Shown here one piece after another: positions 19,343-28,689 of a DNA stretch of 64,000 nt. Positions within the stretch are counted from its first letter, which is position 1; each line of letters opens with the position of its first letter. The stretch lies in sequence record NC_010811.2; one strand, 5' to 3'. A program made the translations under genes and the position numbers. The notes beneath the pieces were generated by a model, which had not been told where the DNA came from, did not search any database, and saw only the letters and a list, made by a program, of their open reading frames with translations.

Positions 19343-21211
19343 CTATCCTAGCATGCCACTGTTCATCAACAGGAAGGTATCGTCGATCGCCGGGTTGAAG
19401 CCAAAGCTTCGCATGTTGACCGGCGCCGTGCCCTGTACAGGACTCTTACCAGGAACCTGAAGGCCAGATCCAGCAGCCCCTTGCTGCGAACCGGGTGCCG
19501 GAGTTGCGGTGCCCGGAGTGATCTGCACCTGATTCTGGTTGTTGACCGTCGTGTTAGACGTCGGTCGCCGACTGTCCTTATACAGAGCGTTGGGCGCTGT
19601 GCTGTTGATCGTGGTGTTGGACGAATTGTCTACAGACGTACGCGTCGGCGCCGTGCTGGCAGGAGCCGCCGGTACTTGCTGAGTGCCGCTCAGATTGCCC
19701 CCGTTGGGCATCGGCCCCAACAGTGCGGTCTGTGCTTGCGATGCAGGGTTGGAAGGTATGGCCGACGCTGGAGTGCCGGAAGACGAACCCGTAGTAGCTC
19801 CGGCTACCGAAGTCTTACTCTCGGCTTCGGCTAGACGCTTGAGCTCCTCTGGAGTAGCCTTCACGCCGGGTAGTGCTTTGCCCGAGGCCGTGGCTTCCTT
19901 CTCCATCGTGTTGGCGCTCTTGTCATCCGCCTTCTTCAGGCCGAGCTTTTCCTTGATCCAATCCCAGATGGCGCCGGACGTGTCCTTCATCCAGTCCCAC
20001 ACCTTGCCGCCCACTGCCTTGATGTTGTCCAACGTCACGTACTTGTCGTACAGGTCCGTGATCTCACCCCACGCACTCTTGGCGATCTTGATGATGTTGT
20101 CGAACGTCACGTACTCGTTGAACTTGTCGACCAGCGTCTTCCACAACTGCGGAGTCAGCAGCATGGCCATCAAGCCCTTACCCAAGGCCGTCAGCCAACT
20201 GAAGCCGGTTTTACCCGTCTTCTTCATGCCGCTCCACTTGGCACCGGTCCAGTCCGCAAACGACTTCCACCATGCGTCAGCCTTCCGGCTTTCTGCTTCG
20301 CGTACGTCCTCGTGCGAATCGTTTTCAGGCCCCAGCTCACGCTGTTCGTCACGTCCCTCGAAGTACGAGGTAAGGCGCGCGTATAGGTCGTCCAGATCGC
20401 TGACTCGCCCCTGCGCAGGAACCACCGAGCTGTCCGCAACCGAGGACAGGCCAGTGGTGACCGCCTGCGTGGACGTATCAGTGAACGACACATCAGCCAC
20501 GCTTTCATCCGGGATGTTGCGCTGCCCAATGAGCTCCAGCGCCTTGGCCGTCAATCCATACTGCAGGTCAGGACGGCGCTTGGTGTAGCGAAGCTTCTTC
20601 TGCTCTTGCGTGGGAATCTGCTTGTGCAGCTCTTCGCGGAACTCGGACAGGGTCTCCTGGAACATCGCGAAGATACGATCCAGCAGCGTATCCTCACGAC
20701 GTTCCCATTCGGCGACCCACTGCGCCTGCGCATCACGATCCGTCAGTTCCTCAACCAGCAGCTCGTTGTTCGCCAACAGATCGTCGACCGTAGGCAAGTC
20801 TTGCGGCGGCAGGAATCGACGGAAGTCGGAGAACGAGTTGCTGAGCGCACGACTGGTAGCCTCGTTCTGCTCCAGCGCCGACAGTTCGATCAGATCAGCA
20901 ATCTGGCCAACGATGTCCGGAGTTTGCTTAGCCAATGCCTTGTTGACCGCCACCTCGAACTCAGTCAGACCGTCAGCCACCACAGACTTCACATCTGCCA
21001 CTTGCTTGCGTGCGACGTCCATGGCCGTAGCCACCGCCTCGTCAAACACGTTGCTGGCCACCCCGCTCAACTGGGACAGTGACTTGCTGATGGCGTTCAG
21101 ATCGTTCTGTGTGGCGACACCTTGTGCCACCTTGGCAAGACTGGTGCCTACGCTGTTCTGTAGGCTTTCCCATTTCCGACGCTCGCGATCAGTGCGAAAG
21201 TTTGCTGCCAT
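19343..21211 (-). CDS. Tape-measure-like / hub structural protein
   Basis: 622 aa, helical, W-x10-W-like repeats (AWGEIT..VWDWMK..IWDWIK), S/T/P-rich tail; canonical position after chaperone genes. Confidence 0.45.
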   Translation of the reverse strand: MAANFRTDRERRKWESLQNSVGTSLAKVAQGVATQNDLNAISKSLSQLSGVASNVFDEAVATAMDVARKQVADVKSVVADGLTEFEVAVNKALAKQTPDIVGQIADLIELSALEQNEATSRALSNSFSDFRRFLPPQDLPTVDDLLANNELLVEELTDRDAQAQWVAEWERREDTLLDRIFAMFQETLSEFREELHKQIPTQEQKKLRYTKRRPDLQYGLTAKALELIGQRNIPDESVADVSFTDTSTQAVTTGLSSVADSSVVPAQGRVSDLDDLYARLTSYFEGRDEQRELGPENDSHEDVREAESRKADAWWKSFADWTGAKWSGMKKTGKTGFSWLTALGKGLMAMLLTPQLWKTLVDKFNEYVTFDNIIKIAKSAWGEITDLYDKYVTLDNIKAVGGKVWDWMKDTSGAIWDWIKEKLGLKKADDKSANTMEKEATASGKALPGVKATPEELKRLAEAESKTSVAGATTGSSSGTPASAIPSNPASQAQTALLGPMPNGGNLSGTQQVPAAPASTAPTRTSVDNSSNTTINSTAPNALYKDSRRPTSNTTVNNQNQVQITPGTATPAPGSQQGAAGSGLQVPGKSPVQGTAPVNMRSFGFNPAIDDTFLLMNSGMLG

Positions 21212-21223
21212 GATGACCTCCGC

Positions 21224-21376
21224 TTACCCGACAAAGATGTTGCCGTTCTGCGCTGCTTCGATGCGATCGTTGCGGCGCTTCATGGCGAACTCGGATAGCT
21301 GTTGGAAACGATAGATCGGCGTGTTGTCGCTCACCTCAAACCCATATTCAGCCGCGATCAGCACATGCCGATCCAT
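21224..21376 (-). CDS. 50-aa protein missing from the ORF track (gp51-like hub assembly partner?)
   Basis: Read manually: MDRHVLIAAEYGFEVSDNTPIYRFQQLSEFAMKRRNDRIEAAQNGNIFVG*; SD TAAGGAAG; fills the gap exactly. Confidence 0.6.
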   Translation of the reverse strand: MDRHVLIAAEYGFEVSDNTPIYRFQQLSEFAMKRRNDRIEAAQNGNIFVG

Positions 21377-21383
21377 GACTTCC

Positions 21384-22538
21384 TTAGGATTTGCCAGAGG
21401 CCAGAAACGAGTGCGCGTCGATGATCAGCTTACTGACCTGCGACGCGCCACACCCTTTACAAGTAACTTGAATCGACTCTTGAACACCGTAGCCCTTCAT
21501 GATGGCTTCATACTGCTTGAGCATGTGGGCCTGATCCGGGGTCAGGTCCTCCATCATATCCAGGCGCTCACGTAGCGAGTACCAACGGTCGCGGCCTTGC
21601 GTGTGGCTGGCCTGCGAACACAGATAGGCAAACTCGCTGCGTGTGTTGGGGTCCTTCATCTCAGGCGCATCCAGGAACTCCAGCACGTCAGCCATGGTAG
21701 GCGGCGACGGCACCAGCGGATGATCTTCGCCCAGCGTGAAGACTGCGGGGTCCGGAATCTGCTCCAGGTCCTTCACCTGCACGTTGGTACGATTCACCAC
21801 GTGGGTGATCTTCAGACTGTCGCGGTCCTTGGTCCCAGCCTTCACCTGCTCCAAGTGCTCGATGTTCTTACACATCGTGTTGTGGATGAAGCTGGTCTTC
21901 GTGAACGAGTTATGGCGCAGCCACAGCATGATCGCGAAGAAGTCTGGCATCGTCAGCATGGGGGCTAGATTCGTGTAGCCCTCTGTGCTCGTGTAGATGA
22001 CGCTGGACACAGCTTCCACGATCGGCTGCAGACTTCCCTCGTTGGCTGCACGCTGCAACTTGGCCAGATGCGCGTTCTTGAAGGGAACGACGTACAGGTC
22101 CTGGAATCCGTAGAATGCGAAGCGGCTGGGCAGCGCCAAGCTCGTGCCGTCTGCCGACGCCATCGGCACAACGAATGCAGGCTGCGGATTGTCGACCATT
22201 GCTGCGTCCACAGGCGGTGCGCTCATCGGCTTCGGAGGTTCGTACCACTCGCCCGGCGGATCCTGTGCCATAGCCTTCAAACGCGGATCGATCGCCGGTC
22301 CGTTGTTGGCAGTCATCGGATGTTGAGTCGGCGGGCGCTGTGCTGCCTTTTGCTGCTGCACACGAGGACTGGGTTGAGCGGGAGCCGGCTGATGGGGGAT
22401 CGTAGGCTTGGCCTGCGGAGTGTACACTGCGCGAGGTGCACCGCGCTGTCCACGGGCCTGAGCAATGCGGTCCTTCACCTCCTGCGGGAATTCCATCGAC
22501 GTGGTCGAATGGACGACTGGTGCGGAAGAGTTTGTCAT
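21384..22538 (-). CDS. Baseplate hub assembly protein / tail chaperone (T4 gp26-like)
   Basis: Pro/Gln-rich N-terminus, D..AIMLWLR..S motif, C-terminal CKGC Zn knuckle. Confidence 0.6.
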   Translation of the reverse strand: MTNSSAPVVHSTTSMEFPQEVKDRIAQARGQRGAPRAVYTPQAKPTIPHQPAPAQPSPRVQQQKAAQRPPTQHPMTANNGPAIDPRLKAMAQDPPGEWYEPPKPMSAPPVDAAMVDNPQPAFVVPMASADGTSLALPSRFAFYGFQDLYVVPFKNAHLAKLQRAANEGSLQPIVEAVSSVIYTSTEGYTNLAPMLTMPDFFAIMLWLRHNSFTKTSFIHNTMCKNIEHLEQVKAGTKDRDSLKITHVVNRTNVQVKDLEQIPDPAVFTLGEDHPLVPSPPTMADVLEFLDAPEMKDPNTRSEFAYLCSQASHTQGRDRWYSLRERLDMMEDLTPDQAHMLKQYEAIMKGYGVQESIQVTCKGCGASQVSKLIIDAHSFLASGKS

Positions 22539-22553
22539 ATGCGTATGAACTGG

Positions 22554-23642
22554 TTAGAACAGCGCGCTGATGCCCTGACCCAACAGGCCGAGCCCAGCAT
22601 TGGCAACGTCGGTAATGCCTTGTTTCACAACATCACCCAACGACGGAGGGACTTCAATCAGGTTGATGAATACATCACCCACGGAGAAGTCCACTTGATG
22701 GATGATGCGCTCGCTGCTGGAACTGACGAGGGCGTATGGAGAAATATCCAGTGGATAGCACTCAACGTACTGGATGTTCATCAGCACGTTCTTGTCAGGG
22801 TCCAGCATGTAGATGTTGATCGGACGCTTGTAGTCCGTGGGCCGATTCCACCCGCCGCCCAGCACTTCACTGTACTGAGATGCGAACGGATTGAGAACGG
22901 TAGCCTGCCACGCCTGAAGATACTGAAGGCTGACGTTGCGCGTGTCAGCATACAGGCCAAGCCGCAGATTCCCAACGCTGTAGCGACTCGGGTAATGACG
23001 TTCGCGACCCTCACGGAAGATGGAGATCTGGGAGTACTGACGGAATGGGCACGTGGCATCTTCCACGTAGTACCACGGCAACTGCGAAGTACCAACGCCA
23101 GCCTGCGCGCCGCCCAGTGGTCCGCTCAGTGGATTAGATTGTAGGAAGTTGGACACTGCATCGACGAACGAGCTGCCAGTGGACGTGGTCGAGCCTTGTT
23201 GCGTGGTGTTACCTACGATCGGCAATTGACAGTACCAGAAGCAACCGAGCAACGGATCGCTACGTGCTTGCGCACCGCCCAATGCGTCGCCGGGTGATAC
23301 ACCACCGGATCCACTCATGGCGAAGTCGCCACCACCGCTGCTCAGAGCGATACCTGATCCGCTGAGCAGTCCGCTGAACGCGGAGTCTGCGATCATTCCA
23401 GGGTTGAAGCTGGAGATAGCACCAGACACGTCGCCCCTGACGAGGGAAGACAGGGCACTACCCGCCTGACCAACGGCTTCCTGCACTCCCTTATTTACGG
23501 CGTTGCTTACACCCTTAGAAACAGCATTGGAGAGTTGTCGTTCGGTATCACCCACAACGTTCTTCACGCTGTTAGATTGACCCATGACAGAGTTGCGCAA
23601 TCGATTCTCTGCGGCACCAACCGCATCCTTAACGAAAGGCAT
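22554..23642 (-). CDS. Tail tube-fold protein (gp19/gp54-like)
   Basis: C-terminal tube fold (LRLGLYAD..QAWQ..YKRPINIYMLD..YPLDI..VDFS); start at ATG 23642 with SD AAGAAGGA. Confidence 0.6.
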   Translation of the reverse strand: MPFVKDAVGAAENRLRNSVMGQSNSVKNVVGDTERQLSNAVSKGVSNAVNKGVQEAVGQAGSALSSLVRGDVSGAISSFNPGMIADSAFSGLLSGSGIALSSGGGDFAMSGSGGVSPGDALGGAQARSDPLLGCFWYCQLPIVGNTTQQGSTTSTGSSFVDAVSNFLQSNPLSGPLGGAQAGVGTSQLPWYYVEDATCPFRQYSQISIFREGRERHYPSRYSVGNLRLGLYADTRNVSLQYLQAWQATVLNPFASQYSEVLGGGWNRPTDYKRPINIYMLDPDKNVLMNIQYVECYPLDISPYALVSSSSERIIHQVDFSVGDVFINLIEVPPSLGDVVKQGITDVANAGLGLLGQGISALF

Positions 23643-23648
23643 TTGATA

Positions 23649-23668
23649 TTCCTTCTTTAAAGAAGGAA
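23649..23668 (-). promoter_or_regulatory. Perfect 20-bp palindrome containing the SD of the tube-like gene
   Basis: TTCCTTCTTTAAAGAAGGAA is self-complementary and ends 6 nt before the ATG. Confidence 0.6.
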
Positions 23669-23874
23669 CCACGCATTTAAAGCATTAACCTCGAAGGGAG
23701 CGCGTGGCTCCTCGGGTAGGAAAAGAATGGAAGTGCCAGGACTGAGCGACTCCTGTTGCAAGCACTTCCGTAACTGTCAGGTGCGGAGAACTCTTCCGTT
23801 GAATCGGGATGACCTAACCAAGCACCCCAAACTCCGACCCTGCACTGCGCTCATCTTACTGTAAAATTGGCGGA

Positions 23875-24375
23875 TCACCCCAGATTTGGCGACCAAACTT
23901 GGAAGGCGACCGGGTCCGTTGGAATGTATCCGTTGGGGGCCGGTCGTTCCAAGCTCAGCGTGTCCGGCGACAGGCGTCCCTGCGGAGGCAGATAGTAGCC
24001 GTTGCCTTGATCTGGATCCACTTGCAGAAGGAAGTTCGGGTCCTTCTCGCGGACCTGAAGATCGCGCTGCACTTCACTGGTACACCAGTCCGGCGCCAGC
24101 GGGAACTGATCTCCAACCTTGTACAGCAGCCAGACTCGCGCCTTCTGCGGAATGGGCAGGCGGCGAATGCCCAGGGTCTTCAGCAGCGTGTCGGCCTTCT
24201 GGCTTTCACTCACCACGATCAGCTCTTCACCACGAGACAGCGTGCTGCAACACGCCATCAGATCACGGAGCAGTTGACCTTCCACCGCAGGTGTGTAGGC
24301 ATCGAACAGAATGCCGACATACTGACGATTGGTGGTCGACACGTCGGTGTCCAGCTTGTTGGGTACGTGAGGCAT
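23875..24375 (-). CDS. Hypothetical protein
   Basis: 166 aa from ATG 24375 with SD AAGGGGG; follows the stop of the upstream gene. Confidence 0.6.
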   Translation of the reverse strand: MPHVPNKLDTDVSTTNRQYVGILFDAYTPAVEGQLLRDLMACCSTLSRGEELIVVSESQKADTLLKTLGIRRLPIPQKARVWLLYKVGDQFPLAPDWCTSEVQRDLQVREKDPNFLLQVDPDQGNGYYLPPQGRLSPDTLSLERPAPNGYIPTDPVAFQVWSPNLG

Positions 24376-24376
24376 A

Positions 24377-24697
24377 TCACACCCCCTTAGCAAGACGTTG
24401 GGCCGTCTCCAGATCGATGGTCAGGACTCGGTTCTTGTCTTCCGGAAAGATCAGACGAATCTGCTTGCCGTTGGTCGACGGACGAACACCGAACTTCGTG
24501 CCCTTCTTGATCTCGATGTCCTTGCCACGGAAGCTGACGGTGACGGGCTTTGCACCCTTGAAGGTGAACCAGTCGTAATCCGTCTCAGGAAGGATGCGAG
24601 CCACGGTATGCGGCATGGGCCGACTGTCAACCGCTCCTGGGGCGGTCACATCGGTTGCCTGAAGCCGCTGGACTGCGGCACTGATGAAAGAGTACAT
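24377..24697 (-). CDS. Hypothetical (probable head-associated) protein
   Basis: 106 aa with SD; directly downstream of the portal. Confidence 0.6.
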   Translation of the reverse strand: MYSFISAAVQRLQATDVTAPGAVDSRPMPHTVARILPETDYDWFTFKGAKPVTVSFRGKDIEIKKGTKFGVRPSTNGKQIRLIFPEDKNRVLTIDLETAQRLAKGV

Positions 24698-24708
24698 GAA
24701 AGCGCCCC

Positions 24709-26568
24709 TTACAGAGTATCCTTACCTAGTTTCTCGACATTGCGACGGCGAAGTGTTTCGCGATAGTGCGGATCACGATCCACATTGCGTGCAATACGCA
24801 AGATGGTATCGTTGGACTTGGCGCGGCGCTCCGCACGTACTGCCGTTGGCACGTGGCGCACCTTGCCGGTCTTCGTCAGTTCAAACGTATCACCGCTATC
24901 GCCCCATTCCCGAGCCAGCAACGGAACACGCGGGTTCTGAACCAGATCGCGAATGGACTGCGAGGTGAGCGCGCCACTGCGTACGCCTGCTTCGGTGGCC
25001 TCGCCAACTGAACCGCGGTCCTCATCATCAAATTCGTGAGTGAACTCGTCCTCGCCTTCGTGTGTGGTGTCCTTGCCCGTGTACTTCTCGAGCTTCTTAC
25101 GCAGCACCGCGTCTTCTTCCAGGTCGCGAATCAGCGCGTCCGGGTCGATCTTAGCAGCAGCCATCCACAGCTTGAGCGGAACCGGAACCCCCTTGGCGCT
25201 GGCCATTTCCAGCAGTTCGGCAGCGTTCTCTTCGCCACGCGCTTCCAACGACTTATGCCAGTGCAGCGTCGGCATCTTGAGGTTGGCGCGGTTGTTGCGG
25301 TTGAACAGGAAGTCGATGATGTTGTTGCGGTTGGCACGACGCGAACGATCCACATACAGATCGTTGGTGACTGCCACCAGCGGGAAGATCTTGGAATAGA
25401 AGATGCGGTCCGTGAGGTCTTCACGGTAGGCATTCTGCGATTCCAGGAACGTAGAGTACGCGGACTCGGCACTTGCAAACGACGCGTCACCAGACAGAAG
25501 CGCTTCGCTGATGCCCAGTGCCCGCAGCTTGTACGGCGTCAAGATGTCCGCCATGTCCGTCCACTTCCAGAAGTCACCACCCGGACGCAGATCAACCGAC
25601 TGCACTGCGTTGCGCGTGATGACCCAGCCGCCCATCGGATCGAATTCAGCAGCTTGGAATTGTTCGGCGTAGGCCAGCAGTTCTTCACTGGTCGGCGTCC
25701 ACACGTCGTCGCCTGCAGTGATGTGGGTCATAGCCCGTTGACGACGCTGCGCTTCAACCAACGTACCCTTGAACAACTGCTTCTCGATCAGGTACATCGG
25801 CAGGATGCGATGCAGATACGACGTGTATGCACGGTCGGTCGTCGACCGGCGCGGCACGAACAGCGTGGTAACCGGATCCAGGGTGAATGCACCGCTGCGC
25901 AGCATGTCGATGAACTGGCTGGGCATCGACTGCAGATAGCGCTTGGCGTACTCCGACGTGTCGTGCATGAACTGCTGCGTCGCCTGTCCTACCCGCACGT
26001 TGATCGTCGGATCGATGTTGAAGAACGGCGACGGAATGACGGCACACGACAGTGCATCGTGGATCAGGGTGTCCAGGAAGCGACGGCTGCCTTGGTCGAA
26101 CACCAGACTGCCGCAGAAGAAGCCGTCCACCAAATGCGCCGTGCTGATTAGCGGCATCATCTGCTCAAGATTGAGTTGGGCCAGCGCCGAGTCGAACGGT
26201 TCCAGGTCCTTCGAGTCCAAGCCACGAAGCTCGAATTCGGAGAACGGGAAGCGCGACTGAATGTCAACGCAAGATCCGGCCACATTATCCAGCAGATAGA
26301 TGTCGCGGTAGAACAGGGCCAGGGTCGACGTGTCGATCAGGTACGGATCCGCTGGGATGATACCCGTCAGCATGTACTGATATGCGGAACCGAAGAAGCT
26401 AGACACGCTGAGGCTTGCGGCCCCAACGCTGCCGCCACCCACGTTAGCCGTCACTTGCTGCTTGCCATTGGAGCGGCTACGAAATGCGGCGTGGGTCTGT
26501 TGTTGAGCGTGCGGCTGGACACTGATGCCCGTTCCGTTCACACCCAGAATGCGCTGACGTGAAAACAT
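24709..26568 (-). CDS. Portal protein
   Basis: About 620 aa, mostly helical, near terminase; LALFYRDIY, LVEAQRRQRAMTHITAG..W.PT.EEL, EFDPMGGW pattern; start at ATG 26568. Confidence 0.65.
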   Translation of the reverse strand: MFSRQRILGVNGTGISVQPHAQQQTHAAFRSRSNGKQQVTANVGGGSVGAASLSVSSFFGSAYQYMLTGIIPADPYLIDTSTLALFYRDIYLLDNVAGSCVDIQSRFPFSEFELRGLDSKDLEPFDSALAQLNLEQMMPLISTAHLVDGFFCGSLVFDQGSRRFLDTLIHDALSCAVIPSPFFNIDPTINVRVGQATQQFMHDTSEYAKRYLQSMPSQFIDMLRSGAFTLDPVTTLFVPRRSTTDRAYTSYLHRILPMYLIEKQLFKGTLVEAQRRQRAMTHITAGDDVWTPTSEELLAYAEQFQAAEFDPMGGWVITRNAVQSVDLRPGGDFWKWTDMADILTPYKLRALGISEALLSGDASFASAESAYSTFLESQNAYREDLTDRIFYSKIFPLVAVTNDLYVDRSRRANRNNIIDFLFNRNNRANLKMPTLHWHKSLEARGEENAAELLEMASAKGVPVPLKLWMAAAKIDPDALIRDLEEDAVLRKKLEKYTGKDTTHEGEDEFTHEFDDEDRGSVGEATEAGVRSGALTSQSIRDLVQNPRVPLLAREWGDSGDTFELTKTGKVRHVPTAVRAERRAKSNDTILRIARNVDRDPHYRETLRRRNVEKLGKDTL

Positions 26569-26569
26569 T

Positions 26570-27022
26570 TCAGCTCTTCCTCTTATAGCGAGTTGCGTCT
26601 GCCTTCTTGAAGACAACGCGAACCATCAATTGGAATACGGCCTGCGGATCCAGGTCCATAGATTTGGCGCTCTGCACAGCGCGAATGGGATACTTGCGCT
26701 TGCGTTCAGGGCGCGGCTGCACCACAAACACACCGACGCCCTTCGGAATCAGATGCTGCACTGCGTCGTACGTGGCCTCGTCCATAGCGAAGTAGAACTT
26801 GTGGCAGTGATCAAGGTACTCCTGCCACTTCGTGTCCCGAACGAAGTCTTGCTTGCACGACTTAGTCTCAACAACGATCACGTGTCCGCGCATGTTGATG
26901 GCCAGCACGTCAACACGGCGACGGCCCCGACGCACGACGCCCGCCTCGTACACCACAGCATAGCGCTTCTTCGTGAGATACTGCGTGACCGCGGTCTTCA
27001 GCTGAGCAGCATCCATTGTCAC
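26570..27022 (-). CDS. mmcB: MmcB-family PD-(D/E)XK nuclease
   Basis: RRVDVLAI..VVETKSCKQDFVRDTKWQEYLDHCHKFYFA matches the MmcB/DUF1052 signature. Confidence 0.75.
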   Translation of the reverse strand: MTMDAAQLKTAVTQYLTKKRYAVVYEAGVVRRGRRRVDVLAINMRGHVIVVETKSCKQDFVRDTKWQEYLDHCHKFYFAMDEATYDAVQHLIPKGVGVFVVQPRPERKRKYPIRAVQSAKSMDLDPQAVFQLMVRVVFKKADATRYKRKS

Positions 27023-27813
27023 CTCTGCAGTGCCTGAACAGTCTGCGCCTTGATCTCCTCGTACTTCGAGTTGATGACGTTGGCCACCCGCCCTCGACTG
27101 TCCATCTGCGATTGACGCACCCGCGCATAGACGCCGTCGGGCACCAGCTCCTTCATATCGCTGAGCACCGTCGCGTACTCGGTAACGATCTGCGTAGCAA
27201 TGTCCAAGAACGCCGGGCGAATGATGGATTCGACGATCTGCATACCGACCGCCCCACGATCCTGCCGCGCTTGCAAGTCGATGACCAGTTCACGAATGGT
27301 CTGGATCGTGCCGTTCAACGAGTGAACGCCGTATCGACCATTGGACTGACGGATGCCGGTTTCCAGCTGCGGAAGCAAGTCGATCAGCGTTTGGATCAGC
27401 CGTCGATTCAGAAGATCGGTGGCACGCTCGGTGTCTTCCTGCTCCAGCAACTGCTGGATGGTCTCGGCATCGTCGCCGATGATGGACGTAACGGCAGTCT
27501 TGTCGAACTTGGACAGCTTGCGCTGCTTCGGTTCTTCGACCAGTGCTGGTAGCAAGTCCTTGGAACGCTTTTCGGCGTTCTTGCGGATGTTCTCTTTAGC
27601 CTCTTCCAGCCGCTTCTTCTTGGCTTTGGCGCGCTTGCGCCGCAACGCATCCTGTGCAGCATCTACAGCTTCAGGGTCCTCCATCTGCTGACGTCGGCTT
27701 TCCTTTGGCTGCTTGCTGACCAACTTCTTCTTGGTGGGTTTAGAGCTTACGTCAATGGTGAAGCTCATGTGGTCAGGTTCTTTGTTCTTGGCCATGAGCT
27801 GGTCCTCGGTCAC
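27019..27813 (-). CDS. Hypothetical helical protein (possible small terminase)
   Basis: Lys-rich N-terminus and coiled coils; lies in the packaging module; function inferred from position only. Confidence 0.5.
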   Translation of the reverse strand: MTEDQLMAKNKEPDHMSFTIDVSSKPTKKKLVSKQPKESRRQQMEDPEAVDAAQDALRRKRAKAKKKRLEEAKENIRKNAEKRSKDLLPALVEEPKQRKLSKFDKTAVTSIIGDDAETIQQLLEQEDTERATDLLNRRLIQTLIDLLPQLETGIRQSNGRYGVHSLNGTIQTIRELVIDLQARQDRGAVGMQIVESIIRPAFLDIATQIVTEYATVLSDMKELVPDGVYARVRQSQMDSRGRVANVINSKYEEIKAQTVQALQR

Positions 27814-28049
27814 TCAGCGGCGTCCGCTGTTGGAATTGCGATACGATGGCGCGTGCACACCATGACTGGGATGCCGTTGGCATGCGATGCGAGCATCGGC
27901 TGCTGGCATTCGGGACACAAACCAGCACCCGCCACTTCAGCGCTCATGTTGATGCGCGCTTCCACCTTGTTGGGAACAGGTTCCGGTGCCAGTCGCGCAG
28001 TGAGCGCGGAACGTGCTTCGGTGAATGCCTTTGGGAGCTTCTGGGTCAT
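27810..28049 (-). CDS. Small Zn-ribbon protein
   Basis: CPECQQPM..CTRH motif; SD GAGGTT. Confidence 0.6.
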   Translation of the reverse strand: MTQKLPKAFTEARSALTARLAPEPVPNKVEARINMSAEVAGAGLCPECQQPMLASHANGIPVMVCTRHRIAIPTADAAE

Positions 28050-28057
28050 AGTCAACC

Positions 28058-28660
28058 TCACATCCTTCGTTGTAGAAGGGGCAGGCGGGAAGTGTTCTCC
28101 ACCTGTACCCCAACATCGGCGGGCTCAAAATCCAACTGCGTTCGCAAACCCTTTTCCAGACCGTACACACCGATCAGCGATGCATCCAGCTGATGAGGTG
28201 GCACCAAGACCTGACGATACAGATCGTCGAGTGCAAAGTCAAAGCGTCGCTGGTAGGCGAGCTTCCACTGACTGGCGACGATCAGCAGCGTGTTCAGGCC
28301 GAAGTGCGCACTGACCAGAGCGTTCATAGTGGTGACGATTTCGATCAGTGGGCCGCCGATGCCGCGTGTCTGGAAGCGTTCTGCGATCAGCGCTTGCGGC
28401 TTGTACAGCTCCACCCACTGACCGATCTCGGCAAGGAACGTCTTCTTCTGAACCTCGAAGCGGGTCAAGTCGAAGATGGGATTGGTGACGATGGAGTTGG
28501 CCATCACCCGGACCTTGCCGTTTTTGGTCGCCACACAGCTGATCCCAAAATTGCGAGAACCCGGGTCAAAAGACAGAACACGTATCGTGTCGTCCTTCAG
28601 CCCGGATTTCGAGGGTAGCGTGTACGTCTTGTTGGGTTTGCGAGATTTCTTTCGAGCCAT
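28058..28660 (-). CDS. ruvC: RuvC-like Holliday junction resolvase
   Basis: VLSFDPGSRNFG, IAERFQ and HQLDASLIG RNase H-fold acidic motifs. Confidence 0.8.
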   Translation of the reverse strand: MARKKSRKPNKTYTLPSKSGLKDDTIRVLSFDPGSRNFGISCVATKNGKVRVMANSIVTNPIFDLTRFEVQKKTFLAEIGQWVELYKPQALIAERFQTRGIGGPLIEIVTTMNALVSAHFGLNTLLIVASQWKLAYQRRFDFALDDLYRQVLVPPHQLDASLIGVYGLEKGLRTQLDFEPADVGVQVENTSRLPLLQRRM

Positions 28661-28689
28661 GTTGCCTCCATGACATCAAATTGGAGGGA

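Noticed and set aside
21224-21420. Lambda G/GT-style programmed frameshift linking the chaperone to the 50-aa ORF
   Set aside because: No slippery heptamer, and the small ORF has its own SD and ATG
23492-23499. GTAAATA copy inside the tube-like gene as a promoter
   Set aside because: Lacks the conserved CA flank and lies mid-CDS, about 950 nt from the next start; could be chance
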